Source: Chitinivibrionales bacterium (GTDB taxonomy: Bacteria > Fibrobacterota > Chitinivibrionia > Chitinivibrionales > WJKA01). Taken from it: a stretch of 64,000 bases of DNA. The number at the start of each line of letters is the position of its first letter. Position 1 is the stretch's first letter. The stretch lies in NCBI GenBank assembly GCA_038247415.1, contig JBBRUX010000002.1, positions 77,370 to 141,369 of the forward strand, read 5' to 3'. Under the pieces are notes generated by a model. It was not told the DNA's origin, ran no database searches, and worked only from the letters and a program-made list of their open reading frames with translations. Made by a program: the position numbers and the translations under genes. Shown in pieces: positions 45,726-55,504 of this stretch.

Positions 45726-46670
45726 ATGGCTAAAAATTTTGCAATAACGGGTGTTGCGGGCTACATTGCACCCCGGCATCTCAAGGCAATTCGCGAAACA
45801 GGTAATACCCTTATTGCCGCGTGTGATCCTCACGATTCTGTGGGGCTTTTAGATAGTTTTTCTTATGAAGTGAGTTACTTTAAAGAATTTGAGCGATTCG
45901 ACCGGCATGCAGAAAAATTGCGCCGTAAATCGGAAGCAGAACGAATTCAGTATGTTTCAATCTGTTCTCCCAATTATTTACACGATGCGCATATCCGTTT
46001 TGCGTTACGTATTGGGGCTCATGCAATATGCGAAAAACCCCTCGTGCTTAACCCTTGGAATCTCGATGCCTTGGCCGATCTTGCACAAGAATACGATAGA
46101 AAAATCTTTACTATATTGCAGCTTCGGGTGCATCCAGCTCTTGCTAAGCTTCGGGAAAGTATTCTGGCTTCAAACATCGACAGCGTTTACGATATCAATT
46201 TAACCTACATTACATCTCGGGGAAAATGGTATCTCGCATCATGGAAAGGAAACCCCGAACAGTCGGGTGGCCTGGCAACTAATATTGGTATTCATTTTTT
46301 CGATGTACTTATCTGGATTTTTGGTGAGGTGGTAACGTCCCAAGTTCATTATGCAGACCCTGCCCGTGTAAGTGGATATCTGGTTCTTAAACGCGCGCGT
46401 GTTAAGTGGTTTTTGTCTATCGATCGTAACGATTTGCCCGATCAAGCAAAGGCTATCTCAAAAAGTACCTTCCGTTCCATTACAGTCAACGGACAAGAAA
46501 TAGAATTTTCCGAAGGCTTTACCGACCTGCATACTACCGTATATAAAACCGTGCTCGATGGTACTGCCTTTGGGCCTAAGGATGCAAAACCATCTGTTGA
46601 ATTGGCGCATGCAATTCGTACTGCTGCGTGTGTTGGAATAACAAGAGATAGTCATGCCTTGCTTATATAA
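45726..46670 (+). CDS. wbpB: UDP-GlcNAcA 3-dehydrogenase (Gfo/Idh/MocA family)
   Basis: AGYIAPRHLKAI, DSVG.LDS, SICSPNYLHDAH, CEKPLVLNPWN, TNIGIHFFD, EFSEGFTDLHT. GGAG RBS before ATG 45726. Confidence 0.9.
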   Translation: MAKNFAITGVAGYIAPRHLKAIRETGNTLIAACDPHDSVGLLDSFSYEVSYFKEFERFDRHAEKLRRKSEAERIQYVSICSPNYLHDAHIRFALRIGAHAICEKPLVLNPWNLDALADLAQEYDRKIFTILQLRVHPALAKLRESILASNIDSVYDINLTYITSRGKWYLASWKGNPEQSGGLATNIGIHFFDVLIWIFGEVVTSQVHYADPARVSGYLVLKRARVKWFLSIDRNDLPDQAKAISKSTFRSITVNGQEIEFSEGFTDLHTTVYKTVLDGTAFGPKDAKPSVELAHAIRTAACVGITRDSHALLI

Positions 46671-46686
46671 TAGTAAGGCTAATTGC

Positions 46687-46731
46687 AAAACGCATCACGC
46701 GCGCCCTTCGACTCCGCTTCGCAACCGTTTT
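46687..46731. repeat. REP-like remnant between wbpB and wbpD
   Basis: CCCTTCGACTCCGCTTCGC core bracketed by AAAACG/CGTTTT. Confidence 0.4.
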
Positions 46732-46753
46732 CAGAGTTTGGAAATTTCTTCCT

Positions 46754-47419
46754 ATGTCTAACTTTTTTGTACATCCTTCTGCATATGTAGACCAACCCTG
46801 CAGCATAGGTGAAGGAACCAAAATCTGGCATTTCTCCCATGTATTGCCCAATGCAACAGTAGGAAAAAATTGCATTGTAGGGCAGAACGTTTCCATTGCA
46901 TCTGATGTGCACATTGGCAATAATGTTAAAATTCAAAACAATGTATCTGTTTACACAGGAACAACAATCGAAGACGATGTGTTTTTAGGGCCATCATGCG
47001 TATTAACAAATGTTACTAACCCCCGCTCGCAAATTAACCGACATGCGCTCTACGAAAAAATTCTCATCAAACGAGGCGCAACAATCGGGGCCAACGCAAC
47101 TATTGTATGCGGCGTAACAATTGGACGATATGCTTTTATCGGAGCCGGTGCCGTGATAGCAACGGACGTTCCCGATTACGCACTTATGCTTGGTGTTCCT
47201 GCAAAACACAAAGGCTTCATGAGTCGGCACGGCCATAAGCTTACCACAAAAAATGCGCAGGGATTGTTTGTATGTCCCGAAAGTGGATTACGGTACGAAC
47301 AAACAGGTCTCTATATAATCTCTTGTAAAGATCTCCCCGAAGAATCTCCACTTCCCGAAACCATGAAAATCGGGATGGCACCGTACAATGAAATTAAAAT
47401 CAACGCACACCATACCTAG
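46754..47419 (+). CDS. wbpD: UDP-GlcNAc3NA N-acetyltransferase (left-handed beta-helix)
   Basis: IGEGTKIWHFSHV, VKIQNNVSVY, FLGPSCVLTNV.NPRS, C-terminal CPESG. Confidence 0.88.
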   Translation: MSNFFVHPSAYVDQPCSIGEGTKIWHFSHVLPNATVGKNCIVGQNVSIASDVHIGNNVKIQNNVSVYTGTTIEDDVFLGPSCVLTNVTNPRSQINRHALYEKILIKRGATIGANATIVCGVTIGRYAFIGAGAVIATDVPDYALMLGVPAKHKGFMSRHGHKLTTKNAQGLFVCPESGLRYEQTGLYIISCKDLPEESPLPETMKIGMAPYNEIKINAHHT

Positions 47420-48032
47420 TCTACTCTGTAAAAAAACTGACGGCTCAATTCGCATTAAGTGCATTGTGGCGCTTGCGGTTTCAGGGCTTTTGGTTGTCGG
47501 ATGCATTACGGCTTTTAGAAGTTTGGGCTCGTGGCTCGTGATCCAGAGTACCCCACCTCAAAAGCTCGATGCAATCTTTACTTTTGGCGGTGAGGCTGCC
47601 CGCAATGTCTATTCCGAAATATTACATAAACAATATCCAGAAGCTACCTGGATAATTAGTACCGATACTCCAAAAGATGCGCTGCGTAAACTTGTTCGGC
47701 ATAGAGCAGATACAACTAACCTCCTTTTCGTGGATACCTGCAAAAACACTAAATCGGAAGTGGTATTTTGCAAACAATGGCTCGAAAAAGCGCTACAACA
47801 CAAACAGAGTGTTACACTAGGGCTTGTGAGCGGCCCCTATCACATGCGGCGTATCAATATTCTTAAAAGTAAGCAATCGTTTCCTCCTGCTGCAAAAATC
47901 TATTATCTGCCCGTGCCTCTAAGCTACTACCGTGCCGGAGAAACAGACTACAAGAATTGGTGGAAAAACAAGGCACTGCGGGGCCTTGTATTACTAGAAG
48001 TAAAGAAGATTGTCGGGTCGATATTTTTGTGA
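47388..48032 (+). CDS. YdcF/DUF218 (ElyC-like) protein
   Basis: TM helix, WLVI..P...DAIFTFGG, NT..E, VS..YHMRR. Confidence 0.8.
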   Translation: MKLKSTHTIPSLLCKKTDGSIRIKCIVALAVSGLLVVGCITAFRSLGSWLVIQSTPPQKLDAIFTFGGEAARNVYSEILHKQYPEATWIISTDTPKDALRKLVRHRADTTNLLFVDTCKNTKSEVVFCKQWLEKALQHKQSVTLGLVSGPYHMRRINILKSKQSFPPAAKIYYLPVPLSYYRAGETDYKNWWKNKALRGLVLLEVKKIVGSIFL

Positions 48033-49225
48033 ACGACCAAAAAAATAGTTCTATTTTAGTTCTGGTAAATTCCCACCCGCCCTGCAAAAATATCGTCGCC
48101 GCGCAGCGATGGTTCTATTTTAAAAAGTACCTGCCGCTGTATGGCATACAGGTCGATCTTATATGTCAAGACGAAAAACGCTCCGATTACGCTACAAGCA
48201 AAGATCGGGAACAATGTGTATATCGGGTTCCATCTCCTGTTCATATAACTAAACCGCTTAATATAGCACCCTTATTCTGGTCTTTTGCAGTTCGAAACCT
48301 TTGCAAAAAGCTCATTGCTAAAAAACACTATAAAGCAGTTGTACTTTCGGGCCCTCCTTTTTTTACCATGCTCAATGCACCATTTTTTTCCAAAATAAAA
48401 CCAGATGTCCCCATAATTCTCGATTTTCGTGATGGGTGGAGCACGTATCCTTTCTTTGATCGTCAACCGTGGCCCACACAAATTGCAGAACGCCTCTTTT
48501 TTATGCGGCAAGAAAAAAAGTGCGTTGCCGTAGCACAAGCCCTTATGTTTCCGGTAGAAGGCCTAAAAAAAGAATACGAGGCACTGTATCCGCAAAAAAA
48601 AGAAACTTCGTACTATATTCCCAATGGCTACGACGACGAAGCATTTACAGGTTACAAGCCATCGCAATCAACAAACAAAGTATTTACCATTGCCTATTGC
48701 GGATCGCTCGATAGAACGCGCAGCCCGCAGCCACTGCTTAATGCAATTAAACACTGTGCAGATATCCCCATAAAACTGCTTGTCGTGGGTACTCATAAAA
48801 ATCGCTGGCAGGCAGAAGTTCAAAAATTGGGCATAGCCCACATTCTTGACCACAAAGGAGTGCTTGAATCAAAAGAAATGGTTCAGGCTCTCTCGCAGGC
48901 AGAGCTGTTGTGTATTGTCCAGTCGTATCCCAAAAAGTCCCAAGAACTCTCTGCAGTTTCAAGCCGCACCTATGTATATCTGCGTCTTGGTAAACCAATT
49001 CTTTACATAGGACCACCAGGGGATAATCAGACAGTTCTCGAACGCTATGCAACTAATGCATATTATTCCAGCAAAATGGAAATACAAGATTGCATTCGCG
49101 TTGCGTATGCCGAGTGGAAGAGTAATGTGCCAGTGCCGGAGTATAATCCAGAAGTAATTCGATTCTCGCGTCAAGCAATTGCTGGGGAATTTGCAAACCA
49201 AGTCCTTAATAAAATCGCATCGTGA
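48029..49225 (+). CDS. GT-B (GT4-like) glycosyltransferase
   Basis: HPP...AAQRW..F.KYL, SGPPF, DFRDGW, IPNGYD, YCGSL, Y.YL..GKPIL. Likely GTG start at 48029 (ORF is open from 47957). Confidence 0.88.
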   Translation: MNDQKNSSILVLVNSHPPCKNIVAAQRWFYFKKYLPLYGIQVDLICQDEKRSDYATSKDREQCVYRVPSPVHITKPLNIAPLFWSFAVRNLCKKLIAKKHYKAVVLSGPPFFTMLNAPFFSKIKPDVPIILDFRDGWSTYPFFDRQPWPTQIAERLFFMRQEKKCVAVAQALMFPVEGLKKEYEALYPQKKETSYYIPNGYDDEAFTGYKPSQSTNKVFTIAYCGSLDRTRSPQPLLNAIKHCADIPIKLLVVGTHKNRWQAEVQKLGIAHILDHKGVLESKEMVQALSQAELLCIVQSYPKKSQELSAVSSRTYVYLRLGKPILYIGPPGDNQTVLERYATNAYYSSKMEIQDCIRVAYAEWKSNVPVPEYNPEVIRFSRQAIAGEFANQVLNKIAS

Positions 49226-49253
49226 TTTCAATCAATAGTAGTAGGCATTTTTA

Positions 49254-50255
49254 ATGAAAAATTTAGAAAACAAAAAAGTTCTTGTCACAGGCGCTGGTGG
49301 CTTTATTGGATCTCATGTAGTAGAGTATCTCGTGTCACAAGGATGTATAGTTCGAGCGTTTGTTCATTATAATGGACAAAACAGATGGGGCTGGCTGGAT
49401 ACCCTTGGCGAAGAAATACTATCAAAAATAGAAATTATTCCCGGAGATATTTCCGATTCCAACAGGGTTTTTGAGGCTATGGAGGGGATAGACTGTGTGT
49501 TTCATCTCGCAGCTCTTATTGGAATACCCTATTCGTATCATGCCCCAGATTCGTACGTGTCAACCAATATTTCAGGAACCCTTAATGTTTTGCAGGCAGC
49601 CAGAACCCACAAGACTTCCCGAATTCTTGTTACATCTACCTCGGAAGTGTATGGCACTGCCCGCTATGTCCCTATCGATGAAATTCACCCCCGTCAACCG
49701 CAATCGCCCTATTCGGCAACAAAAATAGCAGCAGATGCTTTAACAGAATCTTTTTATCTCAGCTTCAATCTTCCGGTAACTATTGTTCGGCCTTTTAATA
49801 CCTATGGCCCTCGACAATCAAACCGTGCTGTTATTCCAACAATAATCACACAGCTTGTTGCAGGAAAAAAAGAAATACATTTAGGATCCACCGATCCCAC
49901 ACGTGACCTTGTATTTGTAAAGGACACCGCAGAAGGGTTTGCCCGCATAGCCGCTTCTAACAATACTTTGGGTACCGATGTAAATATTGCAACCCAACAA
50001 GAAATCCAAATTGGAGAGCTCGCTCTTAAGCTTATTAACCTTATAAATCCTGGTGCACGTCTTATTACCGATGTAAACCGCTTGCGCCCCGCAGCAAGTG
50101 AGGTAGAACGCCTCTTGGGCAAAAATCAGAAGTTGCAAGAGTTAACAGGATGGAAACCATCAACAGATCTTGACGAGGGTCTAAAACAGACTATTGCCTG
50201 GTTTCGTAATCCATCTAATATGGCAAACTATAAAACAAGCGCTTATTCGGTATGA
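49254..50255 (+). CDS. legB: NDP-GlcNAc 4,6-dehydratase, LegB type
   Basis: TGAGGFIGSH, HLAALIGIPYSY.AP.SYV.TN, TSTSEVYGTA, YSATK, RAVIPTII, SEVERL. Confidence 0.85.
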   Translation: MKNLENKKVLVTGAGGFIGSHVVEYLVSQGCIVRAFVHYNGQNRWGWLDTLGEEILSKIEIIPGDISDSNRVFEAMEGIDCVFHLAALIGIPYSYHAPDSYVSTNISGTLNVLQAARTHKTSRILVTSTSEVYGTARYVPIDEIHPRQPQSPYSATKIAADALTESFYLSFNLPVTIVRPFNTYGPRQSNRAVIPTIITQLVAGKKEIHLGSTDPTRDLVFVKDTAEGFARIAASNNTLGTDVNIATQQEIQIGELALKLINLINPGARLITDVNRLRPAASEVERLLGKNQKLQELTGWKPSTDLDEGLKQTIAWFRNPSNMANYKTSAYSV

Positions 50256-50890
50256 AACAAAAATTGATAGCCTTGGGTGGTGGCGGGCACTTCAGATCAT
50301 GTGTTGACGTAATAGATGCCCAGGGAATCTTTGAAATTGTTGGCGTTGTTGGCCCCCATAGTGGATCGGCGGCCGAGATTTTAGACTTTCCTTTTTTGGG
50401 AACCGACGCAGAACTTGCAGCTCTTATACCAACCTATAAAAACATTCTTATTAGTATCGGTCATATGCCGCATTCGAGGCGGCGGGTAGAGCTGTATGTA
50501 CAGTGCAAGGAGCTCAAGGCAAAATTTCCAGTAATCTGCTCTCCGCATGCAAGTGTTTCATCAAGGGCAGAAGTTGGTGAAGGAAGTGTGATCTTTCATG
50601 GCGCTCTTATCAATACGCAAGCAAAAGTAGGCGTGTGCACAATTGTCAATAGCAATGCCCTTATTGAGCATAATACAACAATTGGTAATCATTGTCATAT
50701 TTCAACGGGGGCGCTCGTTAACGGAGGCGTATCCATCGGCGACCATTGCTTTATCGGATCGGGCGCTATTATTCGAGACAATATCTCAATTATAGCGGAG
50801 AGCGTAGTGGGAGCTGGGGCGGTTGTTGTCAACGACATTTGTGAACCGGGTGTATATTGCGGAAATCCTGCTAGGAAAATAGATATATGA
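50252..50890 (+). CDS. NeuD/PglD/LegH family sugar acetyltransferase
   Basis: GGGGH..S..DVI, hexapeptide repeats, IEH, GNPARK. Confidence 0.9.
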   Translation: MKQKLIALGGGGHFRSCVDVIDAQGIFEIVGVVGPHSGSAAEILDFPFLGTDAELAALIPTYKNILISIGHMPHSRRRVELYVQCKELKAKFPVICSPHASVSSRAEVGEGSVIFHGALINTQAKVGVCTIVNSNALIEHNTTIGNHCHISTGALVNGGVSIGDHCFIGSGAIIRDNISIIAESVVGAGAVVVNDICEPGVYCGNPARKIDI

Positions 50891-51891
50891 ACAAGGTGCA
50901 GATAATTGCAGAAGCAGGAGTCAATCATAACGGCTGTATAACCAGTGCGCTTAAAATGGTAGATGTAGCAGCCGAATGCGGAGCAGATAGTATTAAGTTT
51001 CAAACGTTTAAAGCAGAAAATCTCGTTACCCCAAACGCCAGTAAAGCGGACTATCAAAAAGCATCATCATCCGAAGCCGAATCGCAATACGCAATGCTTA
51101 AGCGCTTAGAATTAACCTACGATGATCATCAGGTTCTCATAGAAAAATGCAACAAAGCAAATATCGCCTTTTTATCAACGCCCTTCGATTTCGAATCGCT
51201 GGATATGTTGCTAACACTGGGAATGGACGTCATTAAAATCCCCTCTGGCGAAATTACCAATCTCCCCTATCTTCAAAAAGTAGGATCGTGTGGGAAAAAA
51301 GTAATTCTCTCTACAGGCATGTCAGACATGCACGAAGTTTTGGCAGCACTAGCGATACTCGTTGCAGCTGGTACTACAAAAGAAGATATAACCATTCTTC
51401 ATTGTACTACAGAATATCCAGCTCCTTTCGCAGAAGTAAATTTAAAGGCGCTAGCAACCCTTAAAAAAGCCTGCGGCACAAAAGTTGGCTATTCAGATCA
51501 TACCACCGGAATCGAAGTTGCAATCGCAGCCGTGGCTCTGGGAGCAACAATTATAGAAAAGCATTTTACGCTTGATAAAAATATGCAGGGTCCAGATCAC
51601 AGGGCATCTTTAGAGCCAAACGAACTGCGGGCAATGGTTTGGGCAATACGGAATATTGAGCAGGCATTAGGGGATGGCGAAAAAAATCCGACAGTATCGG
51701 AATTAGCAAATAAAAATGTTGCCCGAAAAAGTATTGTGGCCGCCTGCGCCATTCAACTAAACGAACAATTTACAATAAAGAATCTTACCACAAAAAGGCC
51801 AGGGCACGGTATTAGCCCCATGCGATGGAACGAAATTCTTGGCAAAAAAGCAGCGCGTCAATATTCTGCAAATGAGCTAATTGAACAATGA
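50887..51891 (+). CDS. neuB: Nonulosonic acid synthase (NeuB/LegI)
   Basis: IIAEAGVNHNG, IKFQTF, KIPSGEITN, LHCTTEYP, GYSDHT, IEKHFTLD, C-terminal SAF domain. Confidence 0.95.
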   Translation: MNKVQIIAEAGVNHNGCITSALKMVDVAAECGADSIKFQTFKAENLVTPNASKADYQKASSSEAESQYAMLKRLELTYDDHQVLIEKCNKANIAFLSTPFDFESLDMLLTLGMDVIKIPSGEITNLPYLQKVGSCGKKVILSTGMSDMHEVLAALAILVAAGTTKEDITILHCTTEYPAPFAEVNLKALATLKKACGTKVGYSDHTTGIEVAIAAVALGATIIEKHFTLDKNMQGPDHRASLEPNELRAMVWAIRNIEQALGDGEKNPTVSELANKNVARKSIVAACAIQLNEQFTIKNLTTKRPGHGISPMRWNEILGKKAARQYSANELIEQ

Positions 51892-53045
51892 AAAAAAGAA
51901 TTTGTGTTGTTACCGGTTCACGAGCAGAATATGGAATCTTAAAGCCTTTATTGCAAGAAATTGCAAAAACGCCATCCCTGCATTTACAAATAATTGTCAC
52001 CGGAACGCATCTGTCACGCAACTTCGGGCTTACGTATAAGGAAATTGAAAACGATGGTTTTGTAATAGATGAAAAAATAAAAATAGTAGGATCATCAGAT
52101 TCTCCTCGTGCAATTACAGAAGCATTGGGAAAAGCCGTGTGCGGTTTTGCACGAGCGTTCGAAGTCCTTGCCCCCGATATGATTGTGGTTTTGGGTGATA
52201 GATACGAAATATTTGGTGCTGTCAGTGCGGCTTGTGTAGCGCGTATCCCTGTTGCTCATTTGCACGGGGGAGAACGAACCGAGGGTGCAATCGATGATGC
52301 TTTCCGTCATGCAATATCCAAAATGAGTCTGCTCCACTTTACAGCAGCAGCAGAGTATCAACAGAGAGTTGTTCAGATGGGAGAAAATCCTGCGCGGGTT
52401 TTTAATGTTGGATCCCTAGCCTTAGATACTATTGCAACACGGCAGTTTTTCTCTAAAAAAGAACTTGAAAAGAAGCTTGGCATTGTTTTTGGAACACCTC
52501 TCTTTCTTATTACCTATCATCCCGTTACTCTTGAGAATAATACCTCCAAAAAAGATTTTAACGAACTTCTTGTGGCGCTTGACACCTTTAAAAGTGCAAC
52601 CTGCATTTTTACCTATGCGAATGCAGATACTCAAGGAATAGTTATAAACGAATCGATTGAACGCTATGTAAAAAAAAACCCTCACCGAATGGTAGCGGTT
52701 CCATCTCTTGGCATGCAAACATATCTTTCACTTATGAAATGTGCCGATGCTGTTGTTGGTAATTCTTCGAGTGGTATAATAGAGGCTCCGTCGCTTAAAA
52801 AACCAACGGTCAACATCGGCGACCGGCAAAAAGGGCGTTTAAAAGCAGCAAGCGTACTGGATTGCATTCCTAAAAAAGAAGATATTGTAAATGCTTTGCA
52901 AAAGGCTATTTCAAAAGATTTTGGAAAAAGCCTCATAAAAGTTAAAAATCTATATGGCTCGGGAAATGTTGCTAAAAAAATAGTGAAAGAATTTTTAAAA
53001 AAAATTTTGCTTAAAAAAGAATTTTACGATGTACCGAGCACGTAA
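51888..53045 (+). CDS. neuC: Hydrolysing NDP-HexNAc 2-epimerase (NeuC/LegG)
   Basis: TGSRAEYG, LGDRYE, HLHGGE, GNSSSGIIEAP, NIGDRQKGR. Confidence 0.95.
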   Translation: MKKRICVVTGSRAEYGILKPLLQEIAKTPSLHLQIIVTGTHLSRNFGLTYKEIENDGFVIDEKIKIVGSSDSPRAITEALGKAVCGFARAFEVLAPDMIVVLGDRYEIFGAVSAACVARIPVAHLHGGERTEGAIDDAFRHAISKMSLLHFTAAAEYQQRVVQMGENPARVFNVGSLALDTIATRQFFSKKELEKKLGIVFGTPLFLITYHPVTLENNTSKKDFNELLVALDTFKSATCIFTYANADTQGIVINESIERYVKKNPHRMVAVPSLGMQTYLSLMKCADAVVGNSSSGIIEAPSLKKPTVNIGDRQKGRLKAASVLDCIPKKEDIVNALQKAISKDFGKSLIKVKNLYGSGNVAKKIVKEFLKKILLKKEFYDVPST

Positions 53046-53063
53046 TAGGCATAGCCGTTATAT

Positions 53064-53999
53064 ATGAAAATCCTTATCATAGGTTTGGGATCTATTGGCA
53101 GGCGCCATGCGACTCTTCTTCAAAAGCATTTTGCCCACTCGTTGTATGCTTTGCGTTCTGCGAATAGCAACAGCGAAAACCAAGATGGTGTAACGTCACT
53201 GTACTCGTGGGAAGATGTAGATCGTATTAAGCCCGATGTAGCACTTATTGCAAATCCTACTTCGTTACATCTTGCAACGGCTTTGGCATGCGCAAAGCGT
53301 TCTATGAATCTCTTTATCGAAAAGCCGATCGACTGCTCTTATGCAAAGCTTTCGGATGTTGTTGCTCTTGTTAAGCAAAAACAAGTAACGGCATATGTTG
53401 CCTACCCACTTAGGTTTCATCCCGTAATTACCGAAATTAAAGCTCTCTGCGCTGCCCAAAAAATACTTCATGTTCGTGCGGTGTGTTCTTCGTATCTACC
53501 AGACTGGCGCCAGGGAAAAGACCATCGTGCTACCTACTCGGCCAAGAGCAACCAGGGTGGTGGTGTTGTGCTGGATCTTTCGCACGAAATAGACTATTGC
53601 GAATATCTGTTTGGCGCGGTAACAGAGCTTAAGGGCACCTTCGGAAAGAAATCAGATGTTACCGTCGATTCGGAAGATTATGCCGATTTGTTGTGTGAGT
53701 TTGAGCGTGCCCATGGAATAATTCATCTCGACTATTTTAGCAGACAACAAGAGCGTACACTGCACATAACAACCGAAAATGGCTTTATTCACGGTGATGT
53801 GGTCACCAATACAGTAACTCATATGCAATCGAATACCGCTACGCATAAAAATTTTCCACTCGATTCCAACGCCATGTATGTGGATCAACTTACTTATTTT
53901 TTTGAGAATATACACAATCCAATGCTTGACAACAATCTTTTTTCTGCACAAAATCTTTTTAAAAAACTTATTGACTTTAAGCTTAAAGGCAAAGCATGA
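53064..53999 (+). CDS. Gfo/Idh/MocA oxidoreductase (PtmF/ElaA-like)
   Basis: GLGSIGRRH, IEKP, YLPDWR...DHR..YSA....GGGV.LDLSHEID. Confidence 0.88.
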   Translation: MKILIIGLGSIGRRHATLLQKHFAHSLYALRSANSNSENQDGVTSLYSWEDVDRIKPDVALIANPTSLHLATALACAKRSMNLFIEKPIDCSYAKLSDVVALVKQKQVTAYVAYPLRFHPVITEIKALCAAQKILHVRAVCSSYLPDWRQGKDHRATYSAKSNQGGGVVLDLSHEIDYCEYLFGAVTELKGTFGKKSDVTVDSEDYADLLCEFERAHGIIHLDYFSRQQERTLHITTENGFIHGDVVTNTVTHMQSNTATHKNFPLDSNAMYVDQLTYFFENIHNPMLDNNLFSAQNLFKKLIDFKLKGKA

Positions 54000-54706
54000 A
54001 TATACTCATGACAATTTGTTGCAGAGGTGGTTCCAAAGGGGTTAAAAATAAAAACATCAAGCCGTTATGCGGAAAACCTCTTATTGCTCACACAATTGCA
54101 CAAGGCAAAGAGTGGGGGAAAGCTACCGCTATTGTTGTGTCAACCGACTCGCCAGAAATTGCTGCTGTTGCAGAATCTTTTGGTGCTGTGGCGCCCTTTT
54201 TACGGCCCGCCCACTTAGCTTCCGATAATGCCCCAAAAGTTCCTGTCATCAGGCATGCCCTCCTCTTCATGGAGAATTTAAATAATATCCGCTACGATGC
54301 CGTGGTGGATCTGGATGCTACTTCCCCCTTAAGAACAAGTGCAGATATTCAAGGAGCTTTTGAGCTTTTTACTACTGGGGATGTAAACACAGTTTTTTCT
54401 GTTGTCAAAGCGCATCGTAACCCCTATTTCAACATGGTAGAAATTCAGGCTCATGGTTACTGTGCTCTTTCTAAGAAACTTCCAGAGGGTGTCTATTCCC
54501 GTCAAATGGCACCCGCTGTCTATGATATGAATGCATCGATTTATGTTTATAAAACAGAATATCTCCGAAACGAAGCAACCGTCTCTGCAATTTCGGATGC
54601 AACAAAAGCATATATTATGGGAGATATTTCCGCCTACGATATAGATAGCGAACTTGATTTCAGATATATCGAATATCTTGTTACACAGGGATTGTTTGCC
54701 TTATGA
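53996..54706 (+). CDS. neuA: CMP-nonulosonic acid synthetase (NeuA/LegF/PtmB)
   Basis: CRGGSKGVKNKNI, VSTDS, RP.HLASD, DATSPLR, NPYFN, DID.ELDF. Confidence 0.92.
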   Translation: MNILMTICCRGGSKGVKNKNIKPLCGKPLIAHTIAQGKEWGKATAIVVSTDSPEIAAVAESFGAVAPFLRPAHLASDNAPKVPVIRHALLFMENLNNIRYDAVVDLDATSPLRTSADIQGAFELFTTGDVNTVFSVVKAHRNPYFNMVEIQAHGYCALSKKLPEGVYSRQMAPAVYDMNASIYVYKTEYLRNEATVSAISDATKAYIMGDISAYDIDSELDFRYIEYLVTQGLFAL

Positions 54707-55485
54707 ATAAATTTGGAGATTGCACCAACAAAATTGCAGTAGTAACCGGAGGCGCTGGTCTTATCGGTAAATCCTTGTGCGAAGGTCTGGCCCAAGCAGG
54801 AGCTACCATACTTGTTGCAGATATAAGCATTGAAAATGCAGAAACTATAACCAGCGTGTTACTAGACAAAGGCTATCAAGCACATGCCGCAAAACTAGAT
54901 ATCACAAACGAAAATTCAATTGGGGAATGCATAGGATCGATAGTAGCAAAACATAAAAAAATTGATATATGGGTAAATAGTGCATATCCAAAAACTCCCG
55001 ATTGGGGAAAAAAATTCGAGGATATTCCCGCAGAATCATGGCGTAAAAATATCGATATGCATTTGAATGGCTATTGCTTCTGCTGCCAAAAAGTTGCAGC
55101 ATGTATGAAACAACAAGGCTTTGGAAGTATAATCAATATTGCATCTATCTATGGCATTATTGCTCCCGATTTTTCGCTCTACGAAGGTACAAGTATGACA
55201 TCCCCTGCTGCTTACTCGGTAATAAAAGGTGGTATTGTCAATTTTACTAAGTATCTTGCTTCTTATTTTGGCCCCTTTGGAGTCCGGGTTAATAGTATAT
55301 CTCCAGGTGGCGTTTTCGACAATCAAGTGGATTCTTTTGTAGATAGATATACTCAAAAAACGCCGTTACGCAGAATGGCAACCCCCGATGATATTGTTGG
55401 AGCCGCCGTGTTTTTTGGCTCGGATTCTTCGGCGTATATCACAGGGCATAATTTGGTTGTTGATGGTGGGATTAGTATTGTGTAA
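54703..55485 (+). CDS. SDR oxidoreductase (PtmA/ElaC-like)
   Basis: TGGAGLIG, NSAYP...WG..FED, YSVIKGG (YxxxK), ISPGG.FD.Q. Confidence 0.88.
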   Translation: MNKFGDCTNKIAVVTGGAGLIGKSLCEGLAQAGATILVADISIENAETITSVLLDKGYQAHAAKLDITNENSIGECIGSIVAKHKKIDIWVNSAYPKTPDWGKKFEDIPAESWRKNIDMHLNGYCFCCQKVAACMKQQGFGSIINIASIYGIIAPDFSLYEGTSMTSPAAYSVIKGGIVNFTKYLASYFGPFGVRVNSISPGGVFDNQVDSFVDRYTQKTPLRRMATPDDIVGAAVFFGSDSSAYITGHNLVVDGGISIV

Positions 55486-55504
55486 ATTGTATTTATGAAT
55501 ATAG

